A stretch of 64,000 bases of DNA from Bigelowiella natans CCMP2755 (Eukaryota; Protista; Cercozoa): assembly GCA_000320545.1 (NCBI GenBank), contig ADNK01001077.1, positions 1 through 64,000 on the forward strand, read 5' to 3'. Below, one piece after another: positions 27,983-41,332 of the stretch. Made by a program: the position numbers and the translations under genes. Within the stretch, counting starts at the first letter, position 1; each line of letters opens with the position of its first letter. The notes under the pieces were generated by a model. The model ran no database searches. It saw only the letters and a program-made list of their open reading frames with translations, and had not been told where the DNA came from.

Positions 27983-30200
27983 AGGAAGGGGGGGGGGGGA
28001 TATAATATACGGTAGCAGCAGACAAAATGAGAAGAATGATATCCATTCATTTGCAGTTTCTCTTCAATATCCTGCATATACTACTAGCTGCTTTGTTGCA
28101 GATAATATCAGTCTTTTTTGGTTTACGGATGAAAACATTAAGCTGTTCCCATCTAACTCTGATAAAAACACTTACTTTACAGCCAACTTCCATAGAGGTT
28201 CGAAACGCACGATTCACTGTGATCATAACAAATCAATTTTCCACTTAAATACATGAATATATGGTGAAATGAATAAATCTGAATAGATGGCATAGAAAAT
28301 CCATTCCCTAATAAGTTAGCAACCTTGAGTATAAACAATTACAGCATCTCCATACTCAGGGTCATAATCCATATGTACATCGTCCACTGTAATAAACAAT
28401 ATATCGTTATATCGTTAATGCTGCACATTAACTACTAATAGTAAGGTTGAACAAACCACATCTTTTTTTAAAGGAGGAAACTCAAAAAATTTGAGAATAA
28501 AACAAAAGCAATAGCATTTATTCTGTCTACATACTTGCAGCTGTTACTGATGACATCCCAGAAAACTGAGTAGTAAGACATAGGAGGAGGAGGAGGAGGA
28601 GGAGGAGGAGGAGGAGGAAAATATATAGAAGATAGAAGCTGTTTTGTGATTATTTGTTTTTAAGCAGCCCCCCCCCTATTTGTAATAATTGAGACTAGAA
28701 AGCACCTTTTCTGCAGACATACACGCTGTGATATCCATCCACTCAAGAAGCTAATTATTCATGGATGGATGGATGGATGGATGGATAATTATTATGCAGA
28801 GTTAAATGAGTAGGCAGTAGTGCATCATAATTGATAACATCCCTGCTCCTAGCGAAACAAAGAGTAAATCTTTCATAGTGGATGGATCGCTCAATATCAG
28901 AAGAAGAGGTGTTCAAAAAGATGTTACGTGGGAAGTGTAAGGTGTAGAGTTTAACAAAATCACAAAAAGCTTTCAGAGAGAATTTTTGAGACTCCTCCCC
29001 TGATAATTAAAAACGACGACATGCTATAGGTGATAACGTATAAGCAACCTTCCCGTTTGGTAGCCCTTCTTTTCCAACGATCTTCAAAATTATTTTGCAT
29101 GCAATGTCAAATACAAAACTTCTTCTACACACACATTGCGCATATTTATTTTAAGCAAGTGTTAGTAGTTACCTTTGTCATTTCAGTCGTTGTATCCTCA
29201 ATCATAAGTATATCTAAAGATGATCGTTTATCGGATGATCATGTTCAATTCTTAAATCTCCCTTTCTCTATTGAATTCTAATGAACTCGGTGCTTTATAA
29301 GGGGTGTTGACTGACCATGGTCATTTGGAGGAGATGTGAGTGATGAGGACGAATTCGATTTTAATGTCGAGTCTGAGTCTACTGTGACAAAGGATTGCTT
29401 ATCAGAACTTGAATCGTAGTGATAAAGCAATTAGAATGAACCCGACGATGTACTAATTTGCCCCAGAACAGTGCTGGGACGCTGTTGCATTTTGATCCGA
29501 GGGTGTGTTGTCCTTAAGAAGGAAGGAAGGAAGGAAGGAAGGGTAACTATCCCTGAGGAGGGAAGGAAGGAAGGGCAAAAAGGAAATAACCTTTTTGGTA
29601 CGAGTACGATCTGTAAGAGGGAGGAGATATGAGCATTCCCAGGTAGATCTAGATCTAATATTATTTATTATATTTATGATGATGTTTGTCATGATTAGTG
29701 CCCTATTTATCATCTGCGACATCAATCTTTTCGAGACGTTCCTACTAAATTAACACGATCAATTGTATGAATTAGAATCGAAATCAACGAATACCTCACA
29801 TATTTTTAAGACTAGAAAACAAACTCTTGTTAGTCCACAGTCTGTACTGTAGTAAGATGTTTCCGGCAGTGAATAATTTCCTAATATTGACATATCATTA
29901 TGTTGCTGCTATAAGATGTGATTAATATCGAGTGCATGATAGTGATGATGATTATAAAGATGTTTTCTGTGATGAATATTGGCACAGTAGTATGTTCCTG
30001 CCAGTCATCATCATGAGTAGTGTTAATTACGTTGTGATAATTATGTGAAAACCATAGGATGTTTTCTGCGATAAATATTGACACAGTAGTGATTACTTTG
30101 AATGATTATTGTGTAAAAACAATATTGACCAGCCGTTAGTTCCTTGCTTAACGTAACATTTCAAACGCAAAGGGCCACAGTTCCCCTCCCCATCCTTCAC
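15735..30200 (-). CDS. Large multi-exon gene with PDZ-like (and possibly PH-like) segments and long low-complexity regions; may be more than one gene
   Basis: Spliced exons include FASGSLGITFKGGV (~18380-18420) and KGQAKRLGVKKGWLLTHV (~17650-17705), which are PDZ-like, ETANEWISFFSFC (~28030-28065), and the 26228-26542 ORF. Ends are approximate. Confidence 0.5.
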
Positions 30201-30243
30201 TCCGCCCAATTCAGCATCTCACACTGTCAAGGATCGGGTGTGC

Positions 30244-30975
30244 ATGTATAGGAGCACGGTGTCTGTTGGCCATGGTGGTGGTCGAAGGCGCACAGGCTCC
30301 GCTGCAAGGAAGAAAAAGCGAAGTTGCGAGGAGGCCCCTTCTTCTAAAGTCACCGTTCCCTCTCCTGCGCAAGAAAAATGTTTAACAGTAGAGCCGTCAC
30401 CACAACCCGTGAAGATGTTTCCAGATCTTAAAATAACAAGAAAGAAACACCCACAAATATCACTTGACAAAAAAGCGAAGGCGAAGAAAAAGCCTTTCAA
30501 ACCGAAACTTCCGAAGAAGAAATTTATAAGACCTTCCCTATCGGCACAACTGGGATCAATAATGAGTAAGACAGATGATCTCACAAATACTATACGAAAA
30601 TTGGGGGGGCTAGAATTAAAGGAACAAGCTCTGTTGAACATCTCATCTCGTAACTTTGTCGTGGGGAAACTCACTTCGAAATTCCCGTCTATGGTCCATT
30701 TCTACATTGACCGATGTACATACGAGTTTTTCCATCCCTTTGAGAAGAAACAAGTTAGTATGATAATGTTTTATCGGCACATGGTAGAGGTTCAGTTGAG
30801 TAGCTCACGTCGAGAATTTAAGTTTAGGATACCACACAAGCTGATACAGTTTCCAGATGACTACAATCCATCGTCGCAAAAGCTGTCCATTTTCTTCAAT
30901 TCCTCTTTAGACGTAGAAAAGGTTAGGAAGATAATTCTTCCTAAGATTGTTATGAATAATGGTAGTCTCATATAG
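30244..30975 (+). CDS. Intronless 243-aa protein: basic disordered N-terminus plus a globular, possibly PH-like C-terminal domain
   Basis: Clean ORF from ATG 30244 with no microsatellite. The C-terminal ~110 aa (LLNISSRNFVVGKL...VEKVRKIILPKI) alternate predicted beta strands and end in a helix. Confidence 0.8.
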   Translation: MYRSTVSVGHGGGRRRTGSAARKKKRSCEEAPSSKVTVPSPAQEKCLTVEPSPQPVKMFPDLKITRKKHPQISLDKKAKAKKKPFKPKLPKKKFIRPSLSAQLGSIMSKTDDLTNTIRKLGGLELKEQALLNISSRNFVVGKLTSKFPSMVHFYIDRCTYEFFHPFEKKQVSMIMFYRHMVEVQLSSSRREFKFRIPHKLIQFPDDYNPSSQKLSIFFNSSLDVEKVRKIILPKIVMNNGSLI

Positions 30976-31039
30976 CACTGAACTGAATAAAGAGCCTGAT
31001 CGAGCAAAAATTCGAGGTTACAATGTTCACTTTTTAAGG

Positions 31040-32400
31040 CATCTGTCGATCACATTGATCCCCATCCTCCAACTGTCGCGCGCATTCAATCCAAATTTCA
31101 TGACAATGTGATCTGCCCTCGCTGCGTTTGCTGGCCGGTGGGGCTAGGGGGTCATACAGATTCACTGTTTTGTGGATTGAGCGAAGCTGCGATGCATCCC
31201 AGCAGTAGCATTTTGACAAATGATCAATGCCACATGGATCTGGAGACATAGACACAGTGTGCACAGACATGGCTAGACAGCACATGTCAATCAACACACA
31301 CGTCTAGACGTGTCTCTTTGTGTGCACTACATGTCTAGATGTGCAGTGCATGTCAACATGTGCACGTCTGTGCGTGTGTGGCACTTTTTGGAGATCTGCT
31401 AGCTAGAGATGCGCCCACCGGTCCGAGTGTCCAAATCCAAACGACGCCACGAGTGCGTGCTAGCGTGGAGTGCATCGACGCATCGACACATCAGACATCG
31501 CATCGCACGGACGCACGCGAGGTCCGTTCCAGCGTTGTCACGAACTCCAGAACTGCTCTGCACGTCTGTAGCAGCGCTAGCTAGCTAGCAGTTTGCAATC
31601 TAGCGATGTGACATGCACATGCCAACAATGAGTGTGCATGCATGACTCCACGATCGATGCGATGTACGAGCGACAGCTAGCTAGACCACCCACATCGACC
31701 ATTGCAATCAAGTGAGATGCAGAGAACAAGTGTTGTGCCAGGTGGCATCAATGCCAAACGAGTGCTTCAGCATTGCAAGCAATGCTGTCTCGCTAGTTTG
31801 AAGTTTTTCAATTGTGAAACAGTGTTGCACAGTGTTGGGCAGTGTCACGCGCGATGCTGCTCTCATCTGGTGCTTGCTGTTGAGCAGCATTGCCAGGTTG
31901 AGTCAACTGCTCAACACCACGCAGCACTGCCTGGTGGCGATTTGAGCTCACAAACACTGACTCTCGTCACCATTGTTTTTTCCAACTCCCCCTTCTCCAT
32001 CAATCATCATCATCACCATCATCACCAATGTTGCAATCTCACGTTTCTTGAAACGGACACTTTGGGTTCCGAAGTTTTGAAGTGTTGTGATTCAATGATG
32101 CAGCATCACCTTGCAGGCAACGCTGTTCACCTTGTAGTTTTTCAATTGTGAAACAGCACCAAAGCACGGCATTTAGCAGTGCTGCGCGCTGAGCAGCATT
32201 GCCAGACTAGATCAATGCTGCAGTGTTGGCGATCCAAGGCGATGAAAACGAAGTGTTTCGAAGGTGAATGAGTTGTGGCGATTCTTTTGTGTCATCGGGA
32301 AGTCTAGTTGATTTTTCCACTGCGACATGGTTATGGCACCCAAAAACATCAGAAACTGGAGGACGTGCAGCCCCTTCGAATGGAGAAGACATGGATGAAG
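31040..32400. other. TpA-depleted, CTAG-retaining zone 3
   Basis: TA is almost confined to CTAG/TAG/CTA contexts, and there are gctagctagctag runs (~31576-31590). Confidence 0.9.
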
Positions 32401-34560
32401 AAGCATTCTTTCGTCTACTGCCCCGTTCATCAAAGCAGTCTCGCCAAATCACAGACAAAACGACTTCCAAGCAATGAACGAAATTACTAAATGAGAAGAG
32501 CTAAAATTGGTACCTGTTTTGCATTGAATCACAGTTTGAGGATGTGAATCACACAGGCTGGCGCAGCAAAAACAACGGGAATCCATTTCAAGCCTGGATG
32601 CAAGCACGTTGCCGACAAAAGAAGCTTTATTAGAACTATTTCCTGGAGGGTCACCCGCCAGCACACCCGATGTTAGTCTAAGAACAAATATTGAGGGAAA
32701 AATCACATTCCTTTCAAATTGTCAATCATTAGGAGCCTAGCACATTTGACATTAAACGCAGCCGGCGCACACAGAGGACGAGCTCGATAAACAGCGACTG
32801 TTCCAACCAAGTGAATTTTCATTCGCCACCAAAACTTACAAATGGATCACCTCTAAGCTGTTGCTCGAGGCAAGAAGCGCGGACCAAGTCTCTAAGATCC
32901 CGATCTACAGACAAAACTCAGCATGAACTTCTGAAAAACCAAGACAAAGTGATTCAAAAATTCAAAATACATGTTGATGTTGTGACATCTTTCATCATGT
33001 TTCTAAAACTGTGATTCATGATCGGAAAAACCGCTTACATGCTGTATTTGACTAGATTGACGCAGAAGCAGTTTCACATAGTCTCGAGGAAACGACAGCT
33101 GAGATCAAACTGGCCCACCAATCTCTACTCAACAGCATAAAAGAATGCCGCTATGCTGATGATCGCCTCCGCGGTTTGATCAAGTGTAGGTGATTAAAAC
33201 AAATGCGGTTTTTAAAGTTTCATTCTTGTAACAACAATGCATCTCAGATTTTCAGAGATTCGAGAACGCCTTCTGGAGGAAGAAAAGGCAATATTACAGA
33301 CAATCAAGGATCAAGAAGTTGCTAGTCTACAATCCATCAAGCTTGCAGTTGACTCCCACAGTAAAGATATTCTCACTATCGAGGCTATGGCGTCTGCAAT
33401 TAGGAGCTCATTCTCATTGAAAACGACGCAGAAGTCCACAGATTCCACAGATGTTTATCATGCTGCGGCAAAAATACGAAGTCGAATTATTCATGAATTC
33501 GAGCCTCCAGGAATAACAAAGTGCAAATTTAAACATGACGTGTATGATATGAAGGAAGTTCTTTTGGGGCAAAGTGTGAAAGTCTGGACCAATGGAAAAT
33601 TCTCGCCATCTCGAGTAGGTTCCACTGCATTTGTGAAACCGAATTCCTTAATTCACACATGGCACTGGACAGTGAAGCAGAGTAGCTGTAGCTACACGAT
33701 TTCAAAAGATAGGAAAACAATAGAGTGTTTCGGACACGAAAGTTTAGGAGGATGCGAAGCAATCGGTAACGTAAAATGGAGAGTGGGAATACACAGGTAT
33801 ACATTGTTATCCAACGAATTTGTTGTTATATTTCTTATAAATTTCGATAGACTCTTCCTTTGTATCTTTGCATTGCCAACATCATTCATCCATTTTTCTA
33901 ACAAGACAGATGGAGTTTGAAACTCACAACGAGTCGTCTTACGGAAGGGGGGGCGTTCGGAATTGCATGCATGTTGGCATTTATCTAAAATGATGGGAAT
34001 GTATCAATTTTTAATTTCATATTTTATTTATTAGTGGGGTGTCGACGCATTGTAATTCAATTTCAAGAAATTCAACTACTACTCCATCCATCCAATCAAT
34101 CCCATCGAGGAGTCTAACTGGGGTTTCGAACTCTGGTACAAATTAAGCCAAAAATGAAAGCTCAGCTTTTTACATCATTCAGCACTTGAGCACGAACATT
34201 TCTTCAACCAGATCCTCCTTAATTTCGACAGGTTGTGCAGCTGATGATATTGAAGAAAATTATGGATTCAATGAGCAAGAAACCTTTGGAATATCTCTTG
34301 ATGGGGATGTACTTTACAAGCCCATGGAGGCTATGGAGTATCTTGACGAGCCTGTTGTTGTGCAAGGAAAGAAAGCCACAGTTTTTCTGGAGCTTGACTG
34401 CGACAAAAAAACTCTTCAAGTGAGGGTAGAATCCCAAACATCAAGTTCTATGAAGATTCAAAATCACGGCTGGAACCTGCCTGAAAATGCAATTTTTCAA
34501 CCATGGATCTTCATTGGTACAGCAAACTGTGCCGCATCAATACTTTCATGCGCACAATGA
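32391..34560 (+). CDS. Multi-exon coiled-coil + SPRY/B30.2-like domain protein (TRIM-like architecture, no RING/B-box seen); start uncertain
   Basis: Coiled coil LLEEEKAILQTIKDQE. SPRY-like motifs GNVKWRVGIHR|WSLKL..GAFGIA and VFLELDCDKKTL...LPENAIFQPWIFI. Stop at 34558-34560. Confidence 0.7.
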
Positions 34561-35049
34561 CAAGTTGAACAGTGGCATATTTAGTCAACTTCGGGAAGGT
34601 CACTCTTTGCCAAGCGCAAATTTGTTGAGTGCAATGCTATCCGCGCATGTCATACTGTCACTAAACGTTCATCCAACATTAAATTGACAAACGCAAAGAA
34701 ATTATCAGCTCTAAGCAATGGCGGTCAGTAGCTAGAAAACGCTGAATCATGCCCACCGTCGAGCGATATGTCATGAACACAATGTTTTAGAGCACTTTTT
34801 TTTTACAGATGTTGTAGCACCTAAAATTTTAAGTCACATCTATTTCATAGCAATACGTAGCACAACGATGTCTGCAGGCAGGTGCCACGGGCAGACTTTG
34901 TGTAGTTACATGTCTAGATGTAGCATGGCATTCTGCACTAAGCATGCCGACATGAATTCTAAATATCCTCCTCTTCTTGTTCCACTATTTGGCCATCATC
35001 TAGATTATGATCACTATCTTCCACGTCCAACTCAGAACTTTCTTTCATG

Positions 35050-36326
35050 TACCAATATTGACCTGTAAATTTAAAAACATAAAACATACCTATTCGAAAT
35101 GTAAAACTAGTAGTTTGCCTAACGTACCCCATGCTGGATCTGTTTCGATTTTACTCCATGTTGGACCTTCCCTCGAAATATTTTCTTCTGTTTTCGTGTC
35201 GTCATCAGTTGCCCTTTCTTTTTTCAATTTGAAGATTGCGAAATAAAGGCCGTTTAGATTCTGGATTTGTAATGAACATCGCTATAATAAGACGAAAAAA
35301 TGATATCTTGGAAGAGGTAGTCAAACGATGCAGATATCAGCGCAGATACCGTTAGCAATCTTTTATCGGTGGGCAGATAGAACATAAAACCAGCACAATT
35401 TTCATGTGCATTTGCTTTGCTCCTGCACTCGCAAAGAAAATGGGCAAAGTTTTCTTCAGCCTTCATGACATATCTTGTCTTTCCCGATTCCTTATCATGT
35501 AACAAGTGCAGTAGCAATCTCTCATACGATATTAAACAATTTGCCTATTATCAGTCTTAAACCCCTATCTTCGCTTCGTGGTGCGTATCGACGACCTTGC
35601 ATGCAATCAATACCCACCTGCTGCTCAACTTCAAATGTAGTCCAATTCAATGATGGCGCATTGATATTTGTAAACTGATGTTTTTTATACCTATTCAATT
35701 GCGACAAATAAATTTGGAAAAGAGAAAGTGGTGTAAGAAACTAGTAGTGAAAACAATCCGTCAGTACAAGCTCGCTATATAAAAAGAATATGATCCTGAA
35801 AGAAATAATTACTTATTATTATATTCGGTTCCATACCCTGAAATATTAGGAGGCAGGAAAGGATTTCGTAATTGCCTTTGATACGCCTTGAGTGCTTCAT
35901 CTTTTCTAATGAACATAAATATATGACAAGAAAAACAATGGATTGGTTTACGGGGCAGTGATTACCATGATAAATATTGTAATACCAATAATATAATCCA
36001 TAAAAAAATATGAGTAATGCATTAATGTATTTAATTGCTTCTGTACAATAACAATTTATGCCTTCATTGTAGTATTATTACGCATGATATTTTACGTGTA
36101 ATCATATCCCCGGCCAGCTAGGTCCGTCACATGGAAATAGTACTCCTAAATCAATAATATTTTGACGATGACAAAGCTCAGTATAATGATCATGTCGCCT
36201 TGTTCACACTGCTCATACTTCTTCTTGTAAAATAGTTTCATTAATGAGAATATTTTGATTTCATTGAAATCTGCTCCCCATTCAAACTACTGTTACAACA
36301 ACAACTACAACTATACTACTACTAAA

Positions 36327-36360
<34 letters not shown>

Positions 36361-37200
36361 TCCTAACGAGTACCTCCTCCTTGAGATCCTTTTTACGGTT
36401 AGCATCCGGGTGATCACTTACAATCTTTGATATTACAGTTAGCAATAGGATACTCACTAACAACCTTTTATATCGCGACAATTGCATTCAACGTTGCTCT
36501 TAACACATTTACTGGCGTTTCTACTTTAGCGAATACATCCCTACTTTTTTTACTTTTATTCTTGTAGAGTTGTTTCTCTCCTTCTTTTCCTTTAGTTTGT
36601 CGTTATACTTATCTGGAATCTAAATAAAAGGTGTAATTCGTATACCCGTATACCACACCAATTCACAAAAGATAGCCGTAGCATGTCAATATGACGATAG
36701 GGTTAATCTTACTGTTACAATTTGTACTTTCGTTTGAGGTGTCAACAGCTCTCCACTGGATAGGCGAGGAAATATCTAAAAAAATTAAAAAACATAGACG
36801 GATGGTGGGCACTAGTGTGATTAGGAATTTGTAAGATTTCTAATACTCAAACTATTGCAAGAAGAAATCCGAATCACCAGTGATTCTAAACGTTTCCCGG
36901 CATGCTTCACTGCATGTTTCACTTCTTCCACACTTGTTCAGTTAACCTGAAATGCATCTGGTGGTATGGTCCCCAAGTTTCGAGAGTTTGGAGACACTGG
37001 AATTTCCGAAAAAAATGTGGCTTTCGAGCCGGGGCACATTGAACAATCGGCGCCCATTTCCCACTTCTCAAATGGTGATTAGTCACCACGAATGCTTCCT
37101 CCCCAATGACGACGCGAGTGTTGTGCAGCAACAGTCGATGATGATGATGTTGATAATGATGGGATGGAATTTGAACACACAAATTAGGTGGAAAGAGCAG
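35050..37200 (-). pseudogene. Multi-exon hypothetical gene or pseudogene whose 5' part lies within the hypermutated zone
   Basis: Exon-like ORFs at 35254-35517, 35522-35707 and 36919-37182 with GT-AG boundaries between them. No family recognised. Confidence 0.4.
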
Positions 37201-38520
37201 CCATTCAAATTCAGATCAGATTTGATGTTGTGAACAATATCACAGGGCATTTGTACCCCTACGACAAAGAAAAGTTATGTCTTACACCCCTACGAGTCGT
37301 ACGACACACATAAGTAATGTCACAGAGCGTTTGTACCCCTACGACATCGAAATTATCAGGAGCACTGAAGAGGCAGCTAGATCCACTGAGATCCGTTCAT
37401 GCCATTTTGAAAAACCAGCTAGTTGATTTGCTAGTCACAGTCCTCACTGAAGCCAGTTCGAGGCACTGCATTTCGCACACTGCAAATGTCTTACAACATT
37501 TTGGAAATGCAGTTCGTCATCATTGTTCATTGTTCATTGTTCATTGTTCATCTCTGATCAGTCTTTGCAAGAGTGTGAGAACACGTGAACATGCAACAGT
37601 GGTTCATTTCCGGTCTCGACTCGGCACGAGCTAGCGAGTGCACTTCGGCAATTTCATCGAATTGACGCGGATCGATGACACTTGTTTGCGTGATTGCTGG
37701 CATGACTAGCTAGCTAGATGAGTGCTAGCCAGCTAGGACCCAGGACTTGAAATCACAATGATGGAATGATCGCACCCAGCTGGTTGTCACATGGTGACAG
37801 GTGACGATGTGACTCCAATGCAAAGTCTGGAGGTTGAACAGCCGTTTGTTCGCTTGACTGGTGTGGGCCCTGCCACCACGCTAGCATGCCACCCAGTCTC
37901 ACATTCATCACGAGATGCAGTCGCGAAAACCACTTTCAGTGTGAAGCCTCCTGAAACTCAGAACTCAGAACCAGAGAACCTGAACTAGAGCTAGAGAGTG
38001 AAAAACAGCTGATGCATGATGACCGTCACCTGTGCCCGCTGTTGATGTCTGCGGACATGCACTCACACTCGCTGTGGCCAGACACGAGCGCATGTGCATG
38101 TGCCACACACACTTGGAAGCACAGCTGTCAGGAGCACCTCTGCACCTCTGACCTAGCTAGCTAGCGTGTAGCTAGCTAGCTGTGTCAACATCGCATGGCG
38201 CACCGTCCAACCAACGAACAATGGGAACACAACGCCATGAGCACATCTAGATATCATGCTAGCATGCTCAACGCAAGTTTCCATGCAATCCTTCGCGTGC
38301 ATTCATTGCCGCATTCGATCTTGTCTAGCTAGCTAGATAATCTAGTTCGTTGCGTGCTTATGATGTGGAGGACTTAGCATTGCAAAATGCATCACATCGC
38401 CATGCTAGCATGCTGTCTATGTCATTGCAAGTCATGATGTGATTGTGTGCAATCTGCAAGGAGAATGAATTAAGTCGGGTGAGTGGTTCATCACATCATC
38501 AACCTCATCTCAGACAGTAG
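36890..38520. other. TpA-depleted, CTAG-retaining zone 4
   Basis: TA is nearly restricted to CTAG, with tandem ctagctagctag at ~37706, ~38152-38180 and ~38326. Confidence 0.9.
37240..37350. repeat. Short direct repeats (tttgtacccctacgaca x2 plus a cacccctacga variant)
   Basis: Directly visible; this patch retains TA inside zone 4. Confidence 0.8.
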
Positions 38521-38699
38521 ACACAATGTATCGATGTCACTTCAAAACTCTACTGATCAAAATACCCAACTGTTACTACTAAAATTCCTACTCTAAAGAG
38601 CCCGCCGCTCAAGAACTAACCATTACAATTTGTAGTCCTTTTTGAACAACAGCACATTATCATCCTCATTCTCTCATATGTTGCCATCATGAGAGATTA

Positions 38700-38951
38700 A
38701 GCAACTCACTCTCTCTTAATTTGCTTTTCTTACGGCTCGATTCTTCTATTTCAGAACAGATATACCTGCCCGACAAAATTTGAGTAGTTATTAATCTTAT
38801 TACAAACCAATGGTACGTTGAGCTAAAAGGATGATGCTATATCTATCTCTCATATTAGCGCTATTGTTTGCACGTACATATTCTGAGAACTCCATGTTCC
38901 AAGAGACATATACACCTCAGTAACATTCACACCTGATATAGATATATCCAT

Positions 38952-38984
<33 letters not shown>

Positions 38985-39352
38985 ATCACCAAAATTATGA
39001 TACATACTACTACTCATACTACCAAACAAGGCAAGGATATAGAGGAAATAGAAGGAGAATGATACATCGTGGTGGATCTAGCTTCTTTAGCATTTCCACT
39101 GCTTTAACTTTTACATCTCGATCACGGATGATATGAGCATGGGGTACTAACAGTACTGAAGAATTTTCACAACGATGACAAACACACCCAAAAAAGAAAA
39201 GATAGTGTTGTATTATTACTACTTAGTGCTAATCAGTCGGAGCACAACAGAAGAACAATGTGCCGATGAGAGAAATAGAATGATCTTGATGCGAAGTAAT
39301 AATTAATCAGAGACAACAGGACTATGTGAGAGGGAAGAGAAAAAAAAAAAGA

Positions 39353-39430
<78 letters not shown>

Positions 39431-39504
39431 AACAACTACCACATGAATGAATTCATAGTATTATTATTATTATTATTAGTAGTAGTAGTAGTAGTGTTTA
39501 ATAA

Positions 39505-39541
<37 letters not shown>

Positions 39542-39575
39542 CATAGTAGTAGTGTATAATATTTGTATAGATATA

Positions 39576-39654
<79 letters not shown>

Positions 39655-39919
39655 TATATATAATATAAGAAATAATAATACCGGTATCTATGAGATTGTA
39701 GCTGTGTAGGAAAGAATCTAGAAGCATCTCATCGGCCTTATTATTCACCATTTTCACCATTATTATAATCCTCATCATCGTTGTCATTATCATCAACAGT
39801 ATGGATGAGAAAAATTGCTTCAGAAACAGGGAGGTAGAACGAACAATATAACAAGTATTGATGAGCATGATGAATGAATAAATCAAGTAATTAAGGGATG
39901 CAGCAACATGTACTACAAA

Positions 39920-39952
<33 letters not shown>

Positions 39953-40017
39953 CAGCACCTACCCCGTGTGGTATTTTGCCAATTGGTCGTAATATATCCT
40001 CACAGAAGGCTGATAAC

Positions 40018-40049
<32 letters not shown>

Positions 40050-40092
40050 CAAAGACGATGAAAGACGGAAGGAAGGAAGCAGGTGGACCCCA

Positions 40093-40136
<44 letters not shown>

Positions 40137-40145
40137 TATTAGTAA

Positions 40146-40181
<36 letters not shown>

Positions 40182-40345
40182 ATATATATATATTTATATT
40201 TACATATTATTATCTGAAGTAATATATATTATATTAACATATTATTATCTGAAGTACTACTATTTATGGCATTGATGATGGATAGCGATGAAAATCATCT
40301 CAAAACGTATCCATTAAAGCTGGCAACTTACTACAGCATCGTTTT

Positions 40346-40400
<55 letters not shown>

Positions 40401-40538
40401 TGATATTGAATCATATCCTTGTACAAGTATTCAGAGGCTTAATCAATGATAACAATAATTATCACCAAATAAATAATAATATCAGCAGCAAAACGTACAT
40501 TATCTAACCCACAAACTGAGCATACTACTACTACTACT

Positions 40539-40575
<37 letters not shown>

Positions 40576-40941
40576 CGGCAACAGCAGCAACAGTACTGAC
40601 TAAGGAAATCTCCTCTGGTAAGGTAGGGTATGCTCTCTCTTGCTTCTACCATCCACAAGCATAAACCTATAGGAAGGAATCAAGTAGATGTTATGAATAC
40701 AAAGTAGTAGACCGATAATGATAATGAATACACAGTACTGATAATGATGATGATGATAATAATGTTATATGCTGTTAATACTACCCCCATCCGTGTGAGC
40801 ATGCTGTACCAAAGGAAGACAATTGCCATTCTCACATTGGATTTCATCGCTGATAATGATGATGATGATGATGATGATGATGATAATGCTGGTAGCGGTC
40901 AAAATATGTCATATTTTGTATATTATAGGTAAACCACCTGA

Positions 40942-41024
<83 letters not shown>

Positions 41025-41146
41025 AACCTTTCCCAAAAGGTCAAAGCATGAAACTTGTTTTCTATAGCAAGCAAATGAATTAACCGCTCAACCTCCCTCA
41101 GCCTGAAGAAATGTATTTTGATAGATTAGAAGAAGAAAAGAACATG

Positions 41147-41201
<55 letters not shown>

Positions 41202-41301
41202 GATAGATTAGAGGATAGATTAGATGAAGAAAAGAACAAAACCATAAAAAATGGAACGGACGGCAAAACTAGTATTTCGCCGATTATTTTAGAATATATA
41301 C

Positions 41302-41332
<31 letters not shown>

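Noticed and set aside
37520-37551. (TCATTGT)4 as a directly mutated fossil of a TTATTAT repeat
   Set aside because: The units are identical, which fits expansion after mutation, so it is not independent evidence.
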